DNA of 64,000 nt from positions 64,001 to 128,000 of the forward strand of contig CAWHXY010000006.1 in assembly GCA_963833575.1 (NCBI GenBank). The letters are read 5' to 3'. Origin of the DNA: Candidatus Bathyarchaeota archaeon. Its GTDB lineage: Archaea > Thermoproteota > Bathyarchaeia > Bathyarchaeales > Bathycorpusculaceae. The first letter of the stretch is position 1. Each line of letters starts with the position of its first letter. Position numbers and translations under genes: made by a program. The notes beneath the pieces are model-generated. The model was not told the origin of the DNA, did no database searches, and saw only the letters and a list, made by a program, of their open reading frames with translations. This document shows, one piece after another, positions 1 to 10,659 of the stretch.

Positions 1-2
1 AC

Positions 3-791
3 AGTTCTAACTCAGTTGTTGCCACTATACCTGTCGCGCGAGGTTGCACAGGCATAGCCTATGATTCAGGAAAAGGGGAAATATTCGTTTGTGATTCCTA
101 CACACAAACAGTCTCAGTTATTTCAGACACATCCAATACCATTGTCGCAAATATCACCATAAACTCTTACCCAGGTTCATTAGTCTATGATTCAGCGAAG
201 AAGGAAGTCTTTGTTTCTGTGACAATAGGCGTCGACGTTTCTATTATATCCGATAATTCCAACTCTGTTACCAAAACCATAAAGGTGTCTTCAAACCCCT
301 ATGAGTCCACAGGGAGCCTAGCCTATGATTCTGCCAAAGGCAGGATATACGTGACAAACAGCACAGATGTATCGGTTATTTCAGACAACAACAACGCGAT
401 TGCCGCAGTGGTCCACAACGTGTCTTCGGGCAACTTAGTTTATGATTCCAGTGACGGCGAAATAATAGGCAGCAGTGGCAAGGTCATCTCTGACAGCACT
501 AACACTGTTAAAGCTACCCTTAACGTTGGAACTGATCCAGCTGGCATAGCTTACGATTCAGGCACTGGCGCAATCTACGTAACTAACAATGACAACCCTG
601 GCACAGTAACTGTGAAGCCAGTTTCCTCAGGCACACCTTCAAGTCCAACCAGTTCCGCTTCATCTACTCCAACGCCAAACATTCCAGAGTTCAGCAGCGC
701 AGCCCTAATTTCAATTGCAGCAGCCGTGATCACATTGACTGTTTCCGCAGTCACATTAAAAGCAAGAAAAAGCAAAACCTTCACAAAGTGA
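3..791 (+). CDS. YVTN/YncE-type beta-propeller surface protein with PEF-CTERM-like sorting signal (5' truncated by window edge)
   Basis: The frame is open from base 3 (SNSVVATIPVARGCTGIAYDSGKGEIFV). It has repeated AYDS..G.IYV.N / VSVISD.SN blades, a Ser/Thr/Pro linker, then IPEF + TM helix + basic tail. Confidence 0.85.
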   Translation, partial: SSNSVVATIPVARGCTGIAYDSGKGEIFVCDSYTQTVSVISDTSNTIVANITINSYPGSLVYDSAKKEVFVSVTIGVDVSIISDNSNSVTKTIKVSSNPYESTGSLAYDSAKGRIYVTNSTDVSVISDNNNAIAAVVHNVSSGNLVYDSSDGEIIGSSGKVISDSTNTVKATLNVGTDPAGIAYDSGTGAIYVTNNDNPGTVTVKPVSSGTPSSPTSSASSTPTPNIPEFSSAALISIAAAVITLTVSAVTLKARKSKTFTK

Positions 792-941
792 CATAGAAGA
801 AACTGTTGTAGAATAAGAAAATTCCTTATTTCCCCTACTTTTTTGTTTTTCTTTTCAAAGCATTAACTCCTGGAAAACAGTCTGCCATTCATGCTCTAAA
901 TTCATGTGCACATAGTAAAAAGAAAAGCCACATACCCAGAA

Positions 942-1694
942 TTATTGCGTACTTTCTTGCATATTTCCTCGGGTCATTTGTTTTATCCAGTCATGAGCGA
1001 AAATTTCTGCTTCTCCGCTTTCTATGCCTTCAACAATTTTTTGCGCTGCGTAATCTGCTGTGTCAGGTGGAAATGGGCCGTGTGGCTCTAACTCGTCCTC
1101 AGGCACTGGGATATCTCGAATTGTGTTTCTTTCAAAATCGGTAAGGGTAATGTAAGGATAGACCACGCTTATTGTTATATTGTCTTTTTTCATTTCTTCT
1201 CTAGCAGTTAGGCTCATGAGGGCAAGGGCTCGTTTTACTGAAGCGTATGGTCCATTGTTAGGCAGAGTCATTAATGCCACTGCAGAGCTTACGTTAACTA
1301 TTGTACCGCCACCCTGCTTCCTCATAAGTGGAATAACCTGTTGCATAGCAACAACAGGACCAATCAAGTCAAGATCAAAAATGTAATGAAACGTGTCAAC
1401 ATCAATTTTTTCAACAAGAGCATCATAACCGACGCCAGCATTGTTAACCAGAAGATCAATCTTGTCAAAGCGGTCAGCGACTTCCTTGACCATTCTTTTT
1501 ACTTCAAAAACTTTAGACATATCAGCAGGAACTGCGATTGAGTTCGGAATTTCACCTAAGAGTTTTTCTAGCTTTTCTTTTGAACGGGAAACAAGAGCTA
1601 CTTTCGCACCTTTTTGAGAAAGAAGTTTTGCTGTTGAAAGACCTATTCCTGAGGAGGCCCCAGTTACAATCGCAATTTTACTTTTTATTTCCAT
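942..1694 (-). CDS. SDR family oxidoreductase
   Basis: TGASSGIG, NNAG and YASVK (YxxxK) motifs. Confidence 0.92.
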   Translation of the reverse strand: MEIKSKIAIVTGASSGIGLSTAKLLSQKGAKVALVSRSKEKLEKLLGEIPNSIAVPADMSKVFEVKRMVKEVADRFDKIDLLVNNAGVGYDALVEKIDVDTFHYIFDLDLIGPVVAMQQVIPLMRKQGGGTIVNVSSAVALMTLPNNGPYASVKRALALMSLTAREEMKKDNITISVVYPYITLTDFERNTIRDIPVPEDELEPHGPFPPDTADYAAQKIVEGIESGEAEIFAHDWIKQMTRGNMQESTQ

Positions 1695-1868
1695 AAAAAA
1701 ACCTTCAATTTAACGACAGAAACCAAGTTTCTACCAGACACAGAGATTGATGCAAGTATAAAAAAATTCTTCTATTCTTTACACCTCAACCTGTTCTGCA
1801 TTGAACCTTAAAAATCTGCATTTCCACAGTAAGTTCTATAGCTCTCGATGGAATGCACTAATTGATCG

Positions 1869-2867
1869 GTGTCAGCGTTGACTGGACTAATTGAGCCTTT
1901 GAAAGTGAAAGGTTACACTCTTCGAAACCGTATTGTGTTGCCGCCTATGCAGACGGGCAAAGCAACGTTTGAAGGCGCTGTAACTAACAAGTTGATCAAC
2001 TTTTATGTTCGCCGCTCATCAGCGTTAGGTTTACCTATTGTTGAGCATGCTTATGTTTCGCCTACTGGGAAAATAGGTCCAAAACAACTTGGGATTTACG
2101 ATGACAAATTAATTGGTGGTTTTGAGAAGCTTGCAGAGCGTATACATGAGGTTGGGGCTCCCGTAGTTGTACAGATTTCACATGCTGGCGGGGTTACAAA
2201 CAAAAAAGTGATCGGCACCGAACCTGCTGGACCTTCGGCAAGACCCAAAACACGCATGTTAGAAATAAACGAGATGGAAGCTATTGCCGACGATTTTGCC
2301 CGGGCGGCTGAACGCGCGGTCAAAGCTGGTTGCGACGGCGTTGAGCTTCATGGAGCCCACGGTTACTTGCTAAACCAGTTTTTCTCACCACTACTAAACA
2401 AACGCGACGACAAGTATGGTGGTTATTTAGAAAATCGCATGCGTTTTCCCCTTTTGGTTGTCGGAAAGGTACGTGAACGCCTGAAAGGTAAACTTTTGCT
2501 ATATAGATTAGGCTCAGACGATTTAGCGGCCCAAGGAACGCATATAGAAGATTCAGTTGTTTTTGCCAAGAAGCTTGAGGCGGCGGGAGTAGATATTATT
2601 GATGTTTCCGGAGGCATGTGTGGAAGCGAACCCAAGCAACTAAAGCATGTAAAAGGCTATTTCATCCCCCAAGCAAGCGAGATTAAGAAAGCCGTTAGCA
2701 TTTCAGTTATCGGGGTTGGGGGAATCACTGATGCTCAATTTGCCGACAAATTAGTACGTGAAGAAAAAGTAGATTTGGTCGCTATAGGTCGAGCGTTTTG
2801 GCGAGATAACAGATGGGCAGAAAAAGCCATCGAAACACTAAAACAAACAATTAGCTCTGCAAATTAG
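1869..2867 (+). CDS. NADH:flavin oxidoreductase (old yellow enzyme family)
   Basis: LRNRIVLPPM, DGVELHGAHGYLLNQFFSP and NKRDDKYGG motifs. Confidence 0.93.
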   Translation: MSALTGLIEPLKVKGYTLRNRIVLPPMQTGKATFEGAVTNKLINFYVRRSSALGLPIVEHAYVSPTGKIGPKQLGIYDDKLIGGFEKLAERIHEVGAPVVVQISHAGGVTNKKVIGTEPAGPSARPKTRMLEINEMEAIADDFARAAERAVKAGCDGVELHGAHGYLLNQFFSPLLNKRDDKYGGYLENRMRFPLLVVGKVRERLKGKLLLYRLGSDDLAAQGTHIEDSVVFAKKLEAAGVDIIDVSGGMCGSEPKQLKHVKGYFIPQASEIKKAVSISVIGVGGITDAQFADKLVREEKVDLVAIGRAFWRDNRWAEKAIETLKQTISSAN

Positions 2868-5455
2868 TTTCGCTTTTTAAGCGCAAAAGTTTGCTCCAGG
2901 CGATAAGAATACCGTTTGAGGAACCATTTCTTGACAACCTCAACCAGGAGCAAGTATCCAACTATTAGTCCAGCAAGAGCTAGATAGAATGTTGGAGGGG
3001 GCGGCGTGAAATTGAATATGGCGCCAAGCGGCGTGTAGGGCAGTGCCAATGCAACCGCAATTACAGTAAAGCAACTTATCACTAAGTATCTGCCTGGTTT
3101 GCTCTTCCAAAACGGTGTTTTTCTTGTTCGCAACACAAAAACCACAAGCGTTTGTGTAATAATTGACTCTATGAACCATGCGGTTTGAAAAACATGTTGC
3201 TGTTGAAGCCCAGTTACAGATGGCAGAAAGACAAACAACAACAAGAAGAATGTTAAGTAATCAAATATTGAGCTTACAGGCCCCATGGTCACCATGAATC
3301 TTCTTATGTAGGAAATGTCCAGTTTTTTGGGTTTTTGAATGTACTCGTCGTCTACGTTGTCTGTCGGTATGGTCGCTTCTGAAAGGTCGTATAAAAGGTT
3401 GTTTAGAAGAATTTGGATTGCTGTCATAGGCAGGAAGCTAAGGAACAGGGATGCTCCGGCTACGCTGAACATTGTGCCAAAGTTTGAGCTTACACCCATC
3501 ATTATGTATTTCATCGTGTTGCCAAAAGTTTTTCGACCTTCCAACACACCTTCATCAAGCACTGTCAAGTCAGGCTTCAACAAAATGAGGTCGGCTGATT
3601 CCTTAGCTACATCAACAGCATTCTCAACCGATATGCCTACATCCGCTGTTTTCAAAGACGGCGCATCATTAATGCCGTCACCCATGTATCCTACAACGTG
3701 ACCGTTAGCTCGCAAAGCAGTGATTACTCTGTCTTTTTGAGCCGGGTTAACACGGGCAAAAATATTGTTTTCTTCCACAACTCGAGCCAAGGCATCATCT
3801 TGGAGCTGCGCGATGTCATACCCAGTAATAATACCCTTGATACTGAAGCCCAATTGCGTGCAAACTGTTTTTGTAACTAGCTCGTTGTCGCCCGTAACTA
3901 TTTTTAGTTCCACCCCGTCTCTAGCCAATAAACTGATGGATTCTTTAGCACTTTCTTTAGGCGGGTCAAAAAAGGAAAGGAATCCAAGAAAAACCATTTG
4001 GGATTCTTCGTCTATTGAATAATGAATTTTGTTATCTTGAACTTTTTTGTAGGCTACTGCTAAAACCCTGTATCCTTGAGAGCTGAGCTCATTGTATTGC
4101 TTCAAAAATTTTCCTTGGTAAACACTTGTAAAATCGGTTAAGATTTCATTTGTTTCGCAGAAAGTACAGATTTTCAATATTTCTTCAGGAGCACCTTTTG
4201 AAATTACTAGCCTTTCCCCTTTGACTTCGATTACTACTGAAACACGTCTTCTTATGAAATCAAATGGAATTTCATCAACTTTGTTTATTCCCGCCACGTC
4301 AAACTGCTTATGCTGAAGGACTGCATCGTCGAGCGGACTTTTCAATCCTGTCTCAAAAACACAGTTGAAATAACCATACGTTAGTACTTTCTGATCTTCT
4401 TTTCCTTCTAAATCCTCATACTCGTTTAATGTAAGTTTGTTTTCGGTAAGGGTGCCTGTTTTGTCAGTGCATAAAATGTCCATATTGCCAAAGTTTTGGA
4501 TGGATGCCAACCGTTTAACAATAACGCCTTTTTTTGACATTGCAACGGCTCCTCGAGACAGGTTAATAGACATGATCATCGGCAAAAGCTCAGGCGTTAG
4601 ACCTACTGCAAGAGCAACAGAGAAAAGCAAAGAGTCCAAGATGCTTCTTGACCCCGAATAGAAAAATGCATTCACAAAAAAGACGAAAACGACGAGGAAA
4701 AGCGTAACTTCAGTCATTAACGCTCCAAATCGCCGTAACCCCTTCTCAAACTCAGTTTCAGGCGACTTAGATACAAGTGCCTTAGCGATTTTTCCATATT
4801 CCGTTAATTTCCCCGTATTTACAACGGCTACTGTTCCAGTTCCACTAACCACAGAAGTTCCTAAGAAAACGTAATTGTTCCAACCGGTCATCTCGGTTGT
4901 AACGGTTAAAAGTGCAGGAGAATTTTTTTCAACAGGAAATGCTTCGCCCGTCAATGCTGACTGGTTAACATTCAAATCCTTTGATGCGATCAATCTGCCG
5001 TCAGCGGGAACAAGGTCTCCTGCTATCAGATACACTATGTCGCCTGGAACAACTTCCGAGATTTTCACATCTTGTTTCACGCCGTCTCTCAGAACGGTTG
5101 CTTTTGTGGTTACTCTTTCTTTGAGTGCTTCAGCTGCATTTTGAGCCTTAGATTCTTGATAAACGTCAAGGCTGATGCTGAGGAGCACTATGAAGAAAAT
5201 AATAACTGCGTCTGTAGTGTCTCCAACAAACCCAGAAACTAAACCCGCAATCAAAAGGATAAGAACAAGCGGATTTCTTAAGTGATAAAGAATTTCGACG
5301 AATCCAGTTCGTTTTTGCTTGTCTGCTAATTCATTAGGGCCGTATGTCGCAATGCGGCGTTGGACTTCTTGTGTTGACAAACCAGTTTGGGATGTGTTGA
5401 GCTTTGTTAAGACTTCTTCAACGGGTTTAGTTAAAATTTCTGGGGTATCCGCCAT
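2864..5455 (-). CDS. mgtA: Magnesium-translocating P-type ATPase (P3B)
   Basis: DKTGT phosphorylation site, TGEA, GDGINDAP, and the P3B-typical AVGLTPELLP, NNLLYD and FQTAWFIES. Confidence 0.92.
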   Translation of the reverse strand: MADTPEILTKPVEEVLTKLNTSQTGLSTQEVQRRIATYGPNELADKQKRTGFVEILYHLRNPLVLILLIAGLVSGFVGDTTDAVIIFFIVLLSISLDVYQESKAQNAAEALKERVTTKATVLRDGVKQDVKISEVVPGDIVYLIAGDLVPADGRLIASKDLNVNQSALTGEAFPVEKNSPALLTVTTEMTGWNNYVFLGTSVVSGTGTVAVVNTGKLTEYGKIAKALVSKSPETEFEKGLRRFGALMTEVTLFLVVFVFFVNAFFYSGSRSILDSLLFSVALAVGLTPELLPMIMSINLSRGAVAMSKKGVIVKRLASIQNFGNMDILCTDKTGTLTENKLTLNEYEDLEGKEDQKVLTYGYFNCVFETGLKSPLDDAVLQHKQFDVAGINKVDEIPFDFIRRRVSVVIEVKGERLVISKGAPEEILKICTFCETNEILTDFTSVYQGKFLKQYNELSSQGYRVLAVAYKKVQDNKIHYSIDEESQMVFLGFLSFFDPPKESAKESISLLARDGVELKIVTGDNELVTKTVCTQLGFSIKGIITGYDIAQLQDDALARVVEENNIFARVNPAQKDRVITALRANGHVVGYMGDGINDAPSLKTADVGISVENAVDVAKESADLILLKPDLTVLDEGVLEGRKTFGNTMKYIMMGVSSNFGTMFSVAGASLFLSFLPMTAIQILLNNLLYDLSEATIPTDNVDDEYIQKPKKLDISYIRRFMVTMGPVSSIFDYLTFFLLLFVFLPSVTGLQQQHVFQTAWFIESIITQTLVVFVLRTRKTPFWKSKPGRYLVISCFTVIAVALALPYTPLGAIFNFTPPPPTFYLALAGLIVGYLLLVEVVKKWFLKRYSYRLEQTFALKKRN

Positions 5456-5657
5456 TAAATCAACAACGCTGGAAGGTATTCAAAATCATAGTTTACCGAG
5501 CAGCTATTAAATGTTAAGCGCTTGACACGAGCTGGCGCTAAAAACTAAAAGCAGTGTTCATTATGTTAGTGACTCGGGTTAGAACCAAACTAGATATTGT
5601 TGGTGTGTTTTCGCAATCACAAATCTAAAATTACCAGAAAAGTCTTTTCATAGACTT

Positions 5658-6242
5658 GTGAAATTCAAGTCGTTGCATGAAAAAGCTAAGCATATAGATG
5701 ATTTGTTAGATGACTATATAAAAACCAAAGAAACGAGCTTTGTTCCCATGGGAACCTTGCAGGAGATTGTTCCAACAGTTTTTTCTGATTGTGTTATGGT
5801 TAATTTTGGTTTGCATAAGCTTGTTTTCCATTTAATACATAAAAGCCATGAGTTAGCGTTAAAAATCGGGAAGCCCGAAGCAATTGAGGTTGATCACAAA
5901 TCTTACAAACAACTACCACATAACTTAAGGCATGTTTATTTTGCTAGAGTTTTTTGGCACACCAAGTATTGTCTTTTGCAAGAATATGGTGTTGAAGTAG
6001 AAGTTTCAAATGAAGAGCTGGAACAGCTTAGGACTATAGCCTCCGAGTACGGCTTGCTAGATATAACATGCGACAATGTTAGGAAAGTGAATGGAAACTT
6101 GAAGATCATAGATGCCAGTATTGCCCCTCCTGGATTTTTTAGCCTTTGGAAGACAGCTGACGTAATTAAACTTGGGTTGCCCCAGCCCATTAGGAAAGCA
6201 ATACGAAAAGCGCGGATGCTCCTCTCCTCTAAAGACCGATAA
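5658..6242 (+). CDS. Hypothetical protein with minimal protein-kinase-like motifs
   Basis: FGLHKLVF, LALKI, LLQEY, DITCDN and LKIIDA appear in kinase order; the family call is inference. Confidence 0.6.
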   Translation: MKFKSLHEKAKHIDDLLDDYIKTKETSFVPMGTLQEIVPTVFSDCVMVNFGLHKLVFHLIHKSHELALKIGKPEAIEVDHKSYKQLPHNLRHVYFARVFWHTKYCLLQEYGVEVEVSNEELEQLRTIASEYGLLDITCDNVRKVNGNLKIIDASIAPPGFFSLWKTADVIKLGLPQPIRKAIRKARMLLSSKDR

Positions 6243-6324
6243 TTTAATAGCAAAATATCGGGTTAATGCGTTAAATTTGTTGGAAAAACATATCAAGCCG
6301 TCTTAATCATCATGAAAGTATAAC

Positions 6325-7659
6325 ATGACTACCACAACTCCACTCCCAAGTATTCGGGCTTCAGATAATTGGTTAAAAGACATTTTAAAAAGCCACAGAT
6401 ATTTCGATGAAAGCCAAATTATTACTCGAAGTCGACAAGACAGCTTATGCGTAATATGTAAAGGGGCAAGGTTTCTCTGTGGCAAAACGCGCTGTCCAAT
6501 AATGCTCAAAGTCAACTATTTTCTCAAAAGTGTACCGTTAATGGGTGAAGACATCGCAGGCATGTCTCCGCCAAGCGTTTTCATCGGAAGAATCGGCTAC
6601 CCCAACGTTTACGCCGGACCCCTTGTGCCGCCTATTTATGAAGACACGGGAATTTACGATTTGCCTGAGCATTGGTTTGGGAAATCCATGGATGAAATTG
6701 TTGGTTTTCGCAGTTTGCTTGTGCGAGGTAAACATAGGGTTAATGTAACAAAGTTTATGGATGCAGGCAAAATCTTGGATCAGACGCGCGAATTAGCCCT
6801 CGCTGACAGCTGTGTAGACATTGAATTGAACCTTACAAAAAAGCCCCGAGGCTCAATTTTTCTCGACGATGATATTCAGCCGTTTGGTCCTTCAGCGCCC
6901 ATTCGGGACCTGCATGTTGGTAATGCACGTTATGACGATAAGATTGAGAAGGCGTATTATGACACGGATTTGAAAGCAACTAATGCAGTGTTGGACCTAT
7001 TCAATCGGGGTGTTATGGTTTCGAAGATTCAGAAAGCCTTCAGCGTTGGCGCTTTCGGTGTGGAAAAAAACAGACGCCTTGTTCCGACACGCTGGAGCAT
7101 TACCGCAGTAGATGACATTATCTCCAAAAACCTCAGGGAAAAAGTAAAAACCTTTCCTGAAATCAACGAATTTCGGGTTTACGAGTCAATTTATATGGAT
7201 AATGTTTTTGAAATCTTGATGATTCCTCAGCAGTACAGCTACGAGTCAATGGAAGCCTGGTACCCAGGTACCGTTTGGAACCCGACCGGAAAGAGCATAG
7301 CAATCTATTCTGATTGGGAAGGCAACAGTGGACGAACAACATACGCCCAGATTGGCGGCTGCTACTATTCTGCCCGACTTGCAACTTGTGAACAATTAGT
7401 TCGGGAACGTCGCCAGGCCACCGTCATCGTACTTAGAGAAGCAAGACCCGGCTACATCATGCCAATCGGCGTCTGGCAAGTAAGGGAAAACGTCAGAAAC
7501 GCAATGCATCAAAAACCTTTCCTTTTCAAAAGTCTCGCCGAATCGCTACAGTTCATCAGCGGCAGATTCGAAATTCCAATTCAACGTTGGACACTGCAGA
7601 GCGAATTGCTAAAGAAGGCGTTATTCCAAAAGAAAATATCGGATTTCTTCAATTCTTAA
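6325..7659 (+). CDS. nreA: Nre family DNA repair protein
   Basis: CxxCKG...CG..RCP Zn motif, SPPSVFIGRIGYP, RRLVPTRWSITAVD, GGCYYSARL, and C-terminal PIP box QKKISDFF. Confidence 0.93.
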   Translation: MTTTTPLPSIRASDNWLKDILKSHRYFDESQIITRSRQDSLCVICKGARFLCGKTRCPIMLKVNYFLKSVPLMGEDIAGMSPPSVFIGRIGYPNVYAGPLVPPIYEDTGIYDLPEHWFGKSMDEIVGFRSLLVRGKHRVNVTKFMDAGKILDQTRELALADSCVDIELNLTKKPRGSIFLDDDIQPFGPSAPIRDLHVGNARYDDKIEKAYYDTDLKATNAVLDLFNRGVMVSKIQKAFSVGAFGVEKNRRLVPTRWSITAVDDIISKNLREKVKTFPEINEFRVYESIYMDNVFEILMIPQQYSYESMEAWYPGTVWNPTGKSIAIYSDWEGNSGRTTYAQIGGCYYSARLATCEQLVRERRQATVIVLREARPGYIMPIGVWQVRENVRNAMHQKPFLFKSLAESLQFISGRFEIPIQRWTLQSELLKKALFQKKISDFFNS

Positions 7660-7718
7660 CTTTGTTTTGATAACAAATTTTAAGAAAGCCGTTCTTTATA
7701 CACTGATATCTGAAACCC

Positions 7719-9350
7719 ATGTTAAACTCTGCAACTAAACGTTTCATTTTACCTTTTTCGCCGCAAAAAAACAAAGAATCAAATTATGAATGTGAATTAG
7801 CCGCTATTTACGCAGTTGCAGAGCTTGAAAGAGCCAAAGGCGGCGGCTTAATCATAAAACAGCCTCGCGAAAAAATTTTATTCATGTCTAAAATTGGCTA
7901 TCCACTTTGGCTGTTTCCAAAAAACGAAAATATCTACATTTTTGACGGCTTAAACGATTCTAACTTCGCAATATCTTACAGTGAGTTACCTGTAGCTAAA
8001 ACATTCATGGAAAGCCTTGAGCGAAATTCCAAGACAAAAGAAGAATACCTAACTTTTCTTTCAGCTAACTCTAATTACTTTCAGCAAGTCGACAAAGAGA
8101 AAGAAATTCCCCTTAAAGGCTTAATTGCAAATGAAAATTTTACTAAAGAGCTTGGGATTTACCGCAAGGAAGCCATAGAAATAACAGAAAAGCCTCCAAA
8201 TTTAGCCTTGATTTCTCCAATGCTGGAAGCAATTACAGTTTTTTCGGCAATAGCTGAAATGGACAGCGCACAGTCACTCTTTAAGGAAAACACTGATAGA
8301 CTGCCAGAATGCCTAAAACAATTAAGCAAAATAACTAGCCAATACGTGACGGAGCTCGATTATGCAGCAGAAGCCGTAAAGGACGAGGCGAACGCTAAAA
8401 TCAAAGCTCAAGAAGAATTTGTAAACCCAAAAATTGCCAAATTAAACACCACTTACAAACAACAAATAGCAAATGTGACAAGAGGCTTCAATGAAGAGAT
8501 AGAAAGAGTTGAAAAACTCAAATCAAAAATTTTGAAATCTATAGAAAGTAATGAAGAAAAAATCAAGCTTTATGAAAGTGAAGCGAAAATCCAAGCCGAA
8601 CAGAATCATTCAATTTATGAGAAGAGATGGAAAGAAAAAAAGAATCAGACCAAAAAAGAAAATGATGGTCTCAAAAAAGAATTGAAACGTGTTGAAAACA
8701 GCATTAAGAATTTAAACAAACAAAAAACTGAAAAAACATGGAAGCTACAACAGGAGCTTGAAACTGAAATTAAATTGGCTCGCCAGCCCATGATTGACCT
8801 CGAAACTTCACGTGATGCGAAGGTTCTCGCTTTCAAATTGGAAGCTGAACAATTGTACAAAAGACAAAAACCTGTAATTGACGGTTTGAATGACGCAATT
8901 AAATTAGGAGAGGCGGTTAACGCTAGATTTGAAAGCTTAGGCATTAGAGAGCAACAGTTGAAAGTTCCCGCGTTGTTCTATGTGCCTCTCTATGTGACCT
9001 GCTATCAATCAGGATCGGCTACACGGTACATTTTTCTATCGCCATCAGTCACAAACACGGCTGGTCTAGCTGGCAAACTTAAAAGTGCATTGGGCATGTC
9101 CAAAATTAAAGAGCGCTTTACACCAAGGTTTCAGACAATCAACGCTTCAATCGACAAAATCCAAATCCTCATAAAGCAAGACTCTTTCTTGGAAAAACAA
9201 ATTTTAGATTTGGGTGAAAAAAATAATCTCTTGACCACAGACATGGCTCGCAAAAATATGGGAAAAGGCTTAGTTAACCTAAAATATGAAGGCTGGCTTT
9301 CAGACAAAGAATACCAAGAATTAAGTAACAGTTTAACATCGGTTTATTAG
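7719..9350 (+). CDS. Hypothetical coiled-coil protein
   Basis: 543-aa ORF with a long K/E-rich heptad region between two globular parts (YPLW..P and FYVPLYV). Confidence 0.8.
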   Translation: MLNSATKRFILPFSPQKNKESNYECELAAIYAVAELERAKGGGLIIKQPREKILFMSKIGYPLWLFPKNENIYIFDGLNDSNFAISYSELPVAKTFMESLERNSKTKEEYLTFLSANSNYFQQVDKEKEIPLKGLIANENFTKELGIYRKEAIEITEKPPNLALISPMLEAITVFSAIAEMDSAQSLFKENTDRLPECLKQLSKITSQYVTELDYAAEAVKDEANAKIKAQEEFVNPKIAKLNTTYKQQIANVTRGFNEEIERVEKLKSKILKSIESNEEKIKLYESEAKIQAEQNHSIYEKRWKEKKNQTKKENDGLKKELKRVENSIKNLNKQKTEKTWKLQQELETEIKLARQPMIDLETSRDAKVLAFKLEAEQLYKRQKPVIDGLNDAIKLGEAVNARFESLGIREQQLKVPALFYVPLYVTCYQSGSATRYIFLSPSVTNTAGLAGKLKSALGMSKIKERFTPRFQTINASIDKIQILIKQDSFLEKQILDLGEKNNLLTTDMARKNMGKGLVNLKYEGWLSDKEYQELSNSLTSVY

Positions 9351-9420
9351 GTTTTTAGCCTTCCAAAGAGCTATTATATTTTGCCACATTCTGTTTTTAA
9401 GAGTGAATTGAACAGTTTAG

Positions 9421-9846
9421 TTGGGGCGAAACATGAAGAAATACACCGGCAAAACTGCAACAGCAATAGTTCCCTTTCCAGAAAACAAGATTTTGCTCAT
9501 CAAAAGAAACACCATTCCCTTCAAAGGTTATTGGGGATTGCCCGGGGGCAGAATGGATCCCGGCGAGACAATAGAGCAAACAGTAGTGCGAGAGGTAAAA
9601 GAGGAAACAGGCCTCGATGTAGAGGTAGTTCGCAAAATTGGCGAATACATCGAGAAGGGAGTAAAAGATGATGTGGAATACGAGTACTACCCAACTTGCT
9701 TTCTTGTTACTATAGTTGGCGGAGAAATCAAGAGACAAGAGAGTGAAATTCAAGATATCAGGTTATATAGCCTAAAAGAATTGCCTGAGCCCTTGGGCTT
9801 TGAACATGACAAAATGATTAATGATTATATGGCTAACAAAAAATAG
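9421..9846 (+). CDS. NUDIX hydrolase
   Basis: Nudix box GGRMDPGETIEQTVVREVKEETGL. Confidence 0.93.
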   Translation: MGRNMKKYTGKTATAIVPFPENKILLIKRNTIPFKGYWGLPGGRMDPGETIEQTVVREVKEETGLDVEVVRKIGEYIEKGVKDDVEYEYYPTCFLVTIVGGEIKRQESEIQDIRLYSLKELPEPLGFEHDKMINDYMANKK

Positions 9847-9892
9847 CAAGAACAACTGCTCACCGCGGTCGTTAAATCGCAAGATTTTAGCA

Positions 9893-10066
9893 CTATTCGT
9901 CATAATCCAAACTTTCTAAATCTACTACAACAAGTTGTCCTTGCTGGTCCAGTTTCAGCTCTGTGTGACAAACTGGGCATTCAATTATTTCTCCAGCAGC
10001 AGAGTACTTTGCGAAATCGTCTTTATCAGAAAAATTATAACCACATGCAGGACATCGTGTTGTCAA
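9893..10066 (-). CDS. LysW-like zinc-ribbon microprotein (57 aa, not in ORF track)
   Basis: TTG start with GGTGA 9 nt upstream. Translation MTTRCPACGYNFSDKDDFAKYSAAGEIIECPVCHTELKLDQQGQLVVVDLESLDYDE has two CPxC motifs, GEIIECP and an acidic C-terminus ending in E. Confidence 0.75.
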   Translation of the reverse strand: MTTRCPACGYNFSDKDDFAKYSAAGEIIECPVCHTELKLDQQGQLVVVDLESLDYDE

Positions 10067-10248
10067 GTCTCTTACTCACCCAATTTATTTACAATAGCAA
10101 TCTCGCTAAAAATAAAGCTATTCAATTCATTACACGCAAAGGTAAACAAAAAGCGAATGGTCAATAGAGTACACATAATGGTCAAACTGCTAAACTAGTT
10201 TTTCCAACAAAGCAGCAAAATAAAGACAAACTACCTATTCGAATATGA

Positions 10249-10659
10249 TTACTGCTTTTCCAATATTTTCTTTATTTCGTCCATAATGTTTGAGAAATCT
10301 GTTTCTTTTTCGGGTTTCATGCCTTTCTTGGAGACTTTCGCGATTGTTTCATAGCCTTTTCCTGATAATCTTTTTTCCATATTTTTCATAGTTCGTTCGT
10401 TTCCGAAAGCGCGGTATGTACAGAATAAGATAACTTTTTTGCCTTGGGTTTGAGGCATATTCTCTATGAAAGCTATGGTTTCTTTTGCTGGGCTGGCGCC
10501 TTCCACGGGAGTGCCCAGGATTAGGAGGTCACAGTTTTCGATTGTTGGAGGCTGGGTTGAGGCTAAATCATAGATTGGAGTTTTTGTTGCGTCAGCTATC
10601 GCTTGGGCTAGTCGTTTGGTGTTTCCAGTTCTTGAAAAATAGATTATGCATGAATTCAT
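10249..10659 (-). CDS. Flavodoxin family protein
   Basis: IIYFSRTGNTKRLA and LILGTPV FMN-binding motifs. Confidence 0.9.
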   Translation of the reverse strand: MNSCIIYFSRTGNTKRLAQAIADATKTPIYDLASTQPPTIENCDLLILGTPVEGASPAKETIAFIENMPQTQGKKVILFCTYRAFGNERTMKNMEKRLSGKGYETIAKVSKKGMKPEKETDFSNIMDEIKKILEKQ

